A stretch of DNA of 64,000 nt, taken from positions 4,094,001 to 4,158,000 of the forward strand of contig CM075995.1 in NCBI GenBank assembly GCA_038087875.1. The letters run 5' to 3'. The position numbers and the translations under genes are program-made. This DNA is from Malacoraja senta. Lineage: Eukaryota. Shown here piece after piece: positions 61,608 to 64,000 of the stretch (within the stretch, counting starts at the first letter, position 1; the number at the start of each line of letters is the position of its first letter). The notes beneath the pieces are model-generated. The model saw only the letters and a list, made by a program, of their open reading frames with translations, did no database searches and was not told the origin of the DNA.

Positions 61608-64000
61608 GTCCCAGATAGGACAATGAAATTCTTATTCTGCTGCAGCACAACAGAATATGTAAACATAGTACATAACGGGAGAAAAAAGAAAAATGTTCAG
61701 TGTGTATATATACACATGCACACATACTCAATAAATAAACAAATATAGTGCAATAATAATAATAGTCTGTTGTAGTTCAGAGCTTATTTGTTTATAGCCT
61801 AATGGCTGTAGGGAAGAAGCTGTTCCTGAACCTGGACGTTGCAGTTTTCAAGCTCCTGTACCTTCTTCCCGATGGCAATTGTGAAATGAGTGTGTGGCCA
61901 GGATGGTGTGGGTCTTTGATGATAGTGTAGACGGGACATGTGGGTCGATGTGGGCAAGTTGGGCCAAAGAAGGGCCTGTTTCCATGCTGTATCACCCTAT
62001 GACTCAATGACTCTCTGACCTGAAGTGGAGAAGGGCATGGCTGGTGGATCTCAACCTCAAACCCCTTCCTCATCATAGACCCCCTAAAACAAGTGGATGC
62101 ACATAAATGGGTTCTGGACTGTAATCCAACATTGTCAGTAGATGGGAATATTGTGATGGCTCAGATGATGTCTCATCACTTTGACATCTACCCATTGTGT
62201 AAGCTGGAGGGGAGGCTGACAGAACTGAACTGTCACCGGTGCCAAGTTGGAATGGCATAGCTGAGTCCAATGTTTGTTTTAATAATAATAATCAAAGTCC
62301 TCTCGGAGATTTGTCTTTCTCCACTCCTGTAATCTTCGTTTGGCTCAATGTGAACTTTATTTCATTGCACCAGTGCGAAACACCTTGGGATGCTTCCTAC
62401 ATACTAGAGACACTTCACACAATGTCAATTGTCAGGTACCTATTGTTGCACGCACAAGTCCAGTGAGGTGTTGATACAGAAAGGTGCCTTCAAGATACAG
62501 CTGCCAGGATGGATTCATGGGCTAAGCTGTAGTGCATGTGATTAGAGCTGAATAGAACAAACTGTGCTTTGTGTTGTTTAATCAAAGGTCACATCACTCT
62601 TGGTTGTGTATCCTGTAGTTCTCATATCATCCAGTGAGAATTTAAACCAGGCTTGTCAAGGGATCTTCTACTGTGCTTTGACAACTTTTACAACTGAGTG
62701 ACTTTGTTAAATGATGCATTCGTGCTTTGATCTCCCTCTCACTATCCGGAAAATTTATTCCTTCACAAAGCTAAGCAAACAGCAACAATTAAACTGAGGG
62801 AGACATAAAGTCTTTTGCCTTTATGCCTGGCCCACTGGTGTAACTCAGCACATCAAGCAACATCTCTGGAGAACATAGCTAGGTGACGTTTCGGGTTGGG
62901 ATATCCAGCTAAAGATGGGGTCCTGCAAACCGAAACGTTACCTATGCATGTTCTTCAGAGGTGTTGCCTGACCTGTTGAGTTACTCCAGCATTTGTGTCC
63001 TTTCTTGTAAACAGCACCTGCAGTTCCTTGTTTCTACATTCTTTCACTCTGCAATCAAGTTTCTGAATGGTCCTTCCATCTGCTCCAGTGCTGTCCGATT
63101 CACTTCTTTCCCATTTGTGCCCTTGGACTTTGTCTATCGAACTGGTGCGCTACAATACTTTTTAGTTTAGTTTAGTTTAGAGATACAGCATGGAAACAGG
63201 CCCTTTGGCCCACCGAGTCCGCACCGACCAGCGATCCCCGCACATTAACACTATCCTACATACACTGGGGACAGTTTACACATAGACCAATTAACCTACA
63301 TACCTGTACGTCCTTGGAGTATGGGAGGAAACCGAAGATCTCTGAGAAAACCCACACGGTCACGGGGAGAACGTACAAACTCTGTACAGACAGCACCCGT
63401 TGTCGGGATTGAACCTGGGTCTTTTTAGTCAGTGTGTGGTGAATCTGTGAAATTCTTCACCACAGAAGAAGTCAATGGATATTTTTAAGGCACAGATAGA
63501 TAGATCCTTGATTGGTACAGATGTCAGGGGTTATGGGGCAGCAGGAGAATAGGGTTAGGAGAGAGAGATAGATCAGCTGCGATTTAATGGCTGAATGACC
63601 TAATTTTGCTCCTATCACTTATGACCTTGTGTCAATGTGAAAGGGAAAATCAGCTGTTCAGTAGGAACCAGCTTCCCTGCAGGTTTCAAAAGAAAGGTTG
63701 AGAATGTGAAAGAAAAATCTCTTCCATTGAAGGGGCCAGATCCATTATGCAGGACCTTGGAACTTAATATCCTCGCTTTACAGGTATTTGTTTTCCAGCA
63801 TTATTTTTTAAATTGCTAAGGAAATCCCAGTAAAACAGCTTTGGAACATGCAATTCTTTAAAAAAAACTAGTTCATTTGTGACGATCAAATATTTTTCAA
63901 ATTAAAGATAAATATTCATTGGCTCAAACTGCTTGTATTATACTTAATGCAATTAGTGGATAGGCTTTGCTTTCAGCAGATGGATGTGAGGCATAATTCA

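Noticed and set aside
62073..62270. 65-aa unique-sequence ORF (also unique CpG-rich 40505-40720)
   Set aside because: No recognisable domain or splice support

Overview
Eukaryotic, repeat-dense genomic DNA. The repeat content (CR1, Rex1/Babar, L2, Penelope, HE1/V-SINE-like SINEs, DIRS1, Harbinger MITEs) points to a cartilaginous fish, probably a skate or ray; this is an inference. No intact host protein-coding gene could be supported. The main non-TE signal is not shown in the ORF track: ~5.96-25.1 kb holds a fossil tandem array of at least 8 histone-H3-derived units. No other histone types were recognised. Several units have internally deleted or permuted segment order, share a ~150-bp spacer and retain replication-dependent histone stem-loop/HDE remnants, and all are broken up by later TE insertions. 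Also present: a near-intact Mag-like Ty3/Gypsy element (1-3447, one homopolymer frameshift), two DIRS1-type elements with intact ends and ICRs but decayed ORFs, two non-autonomous Helitrons, and a five-level TE nest. Smaller features include seven Harbinger-type MITEs, a ~2-kb foldback element with a 9-bp TSD, a 72-bp TTAA mini-MITE, many Penelope pLTR/hammerhead-like motifs, a repeat family with a CTCF consensus at its 5' end, and a locally templated inverted insertion. Coordinates were read by eye, so TE boundaries may be off by a few bases.
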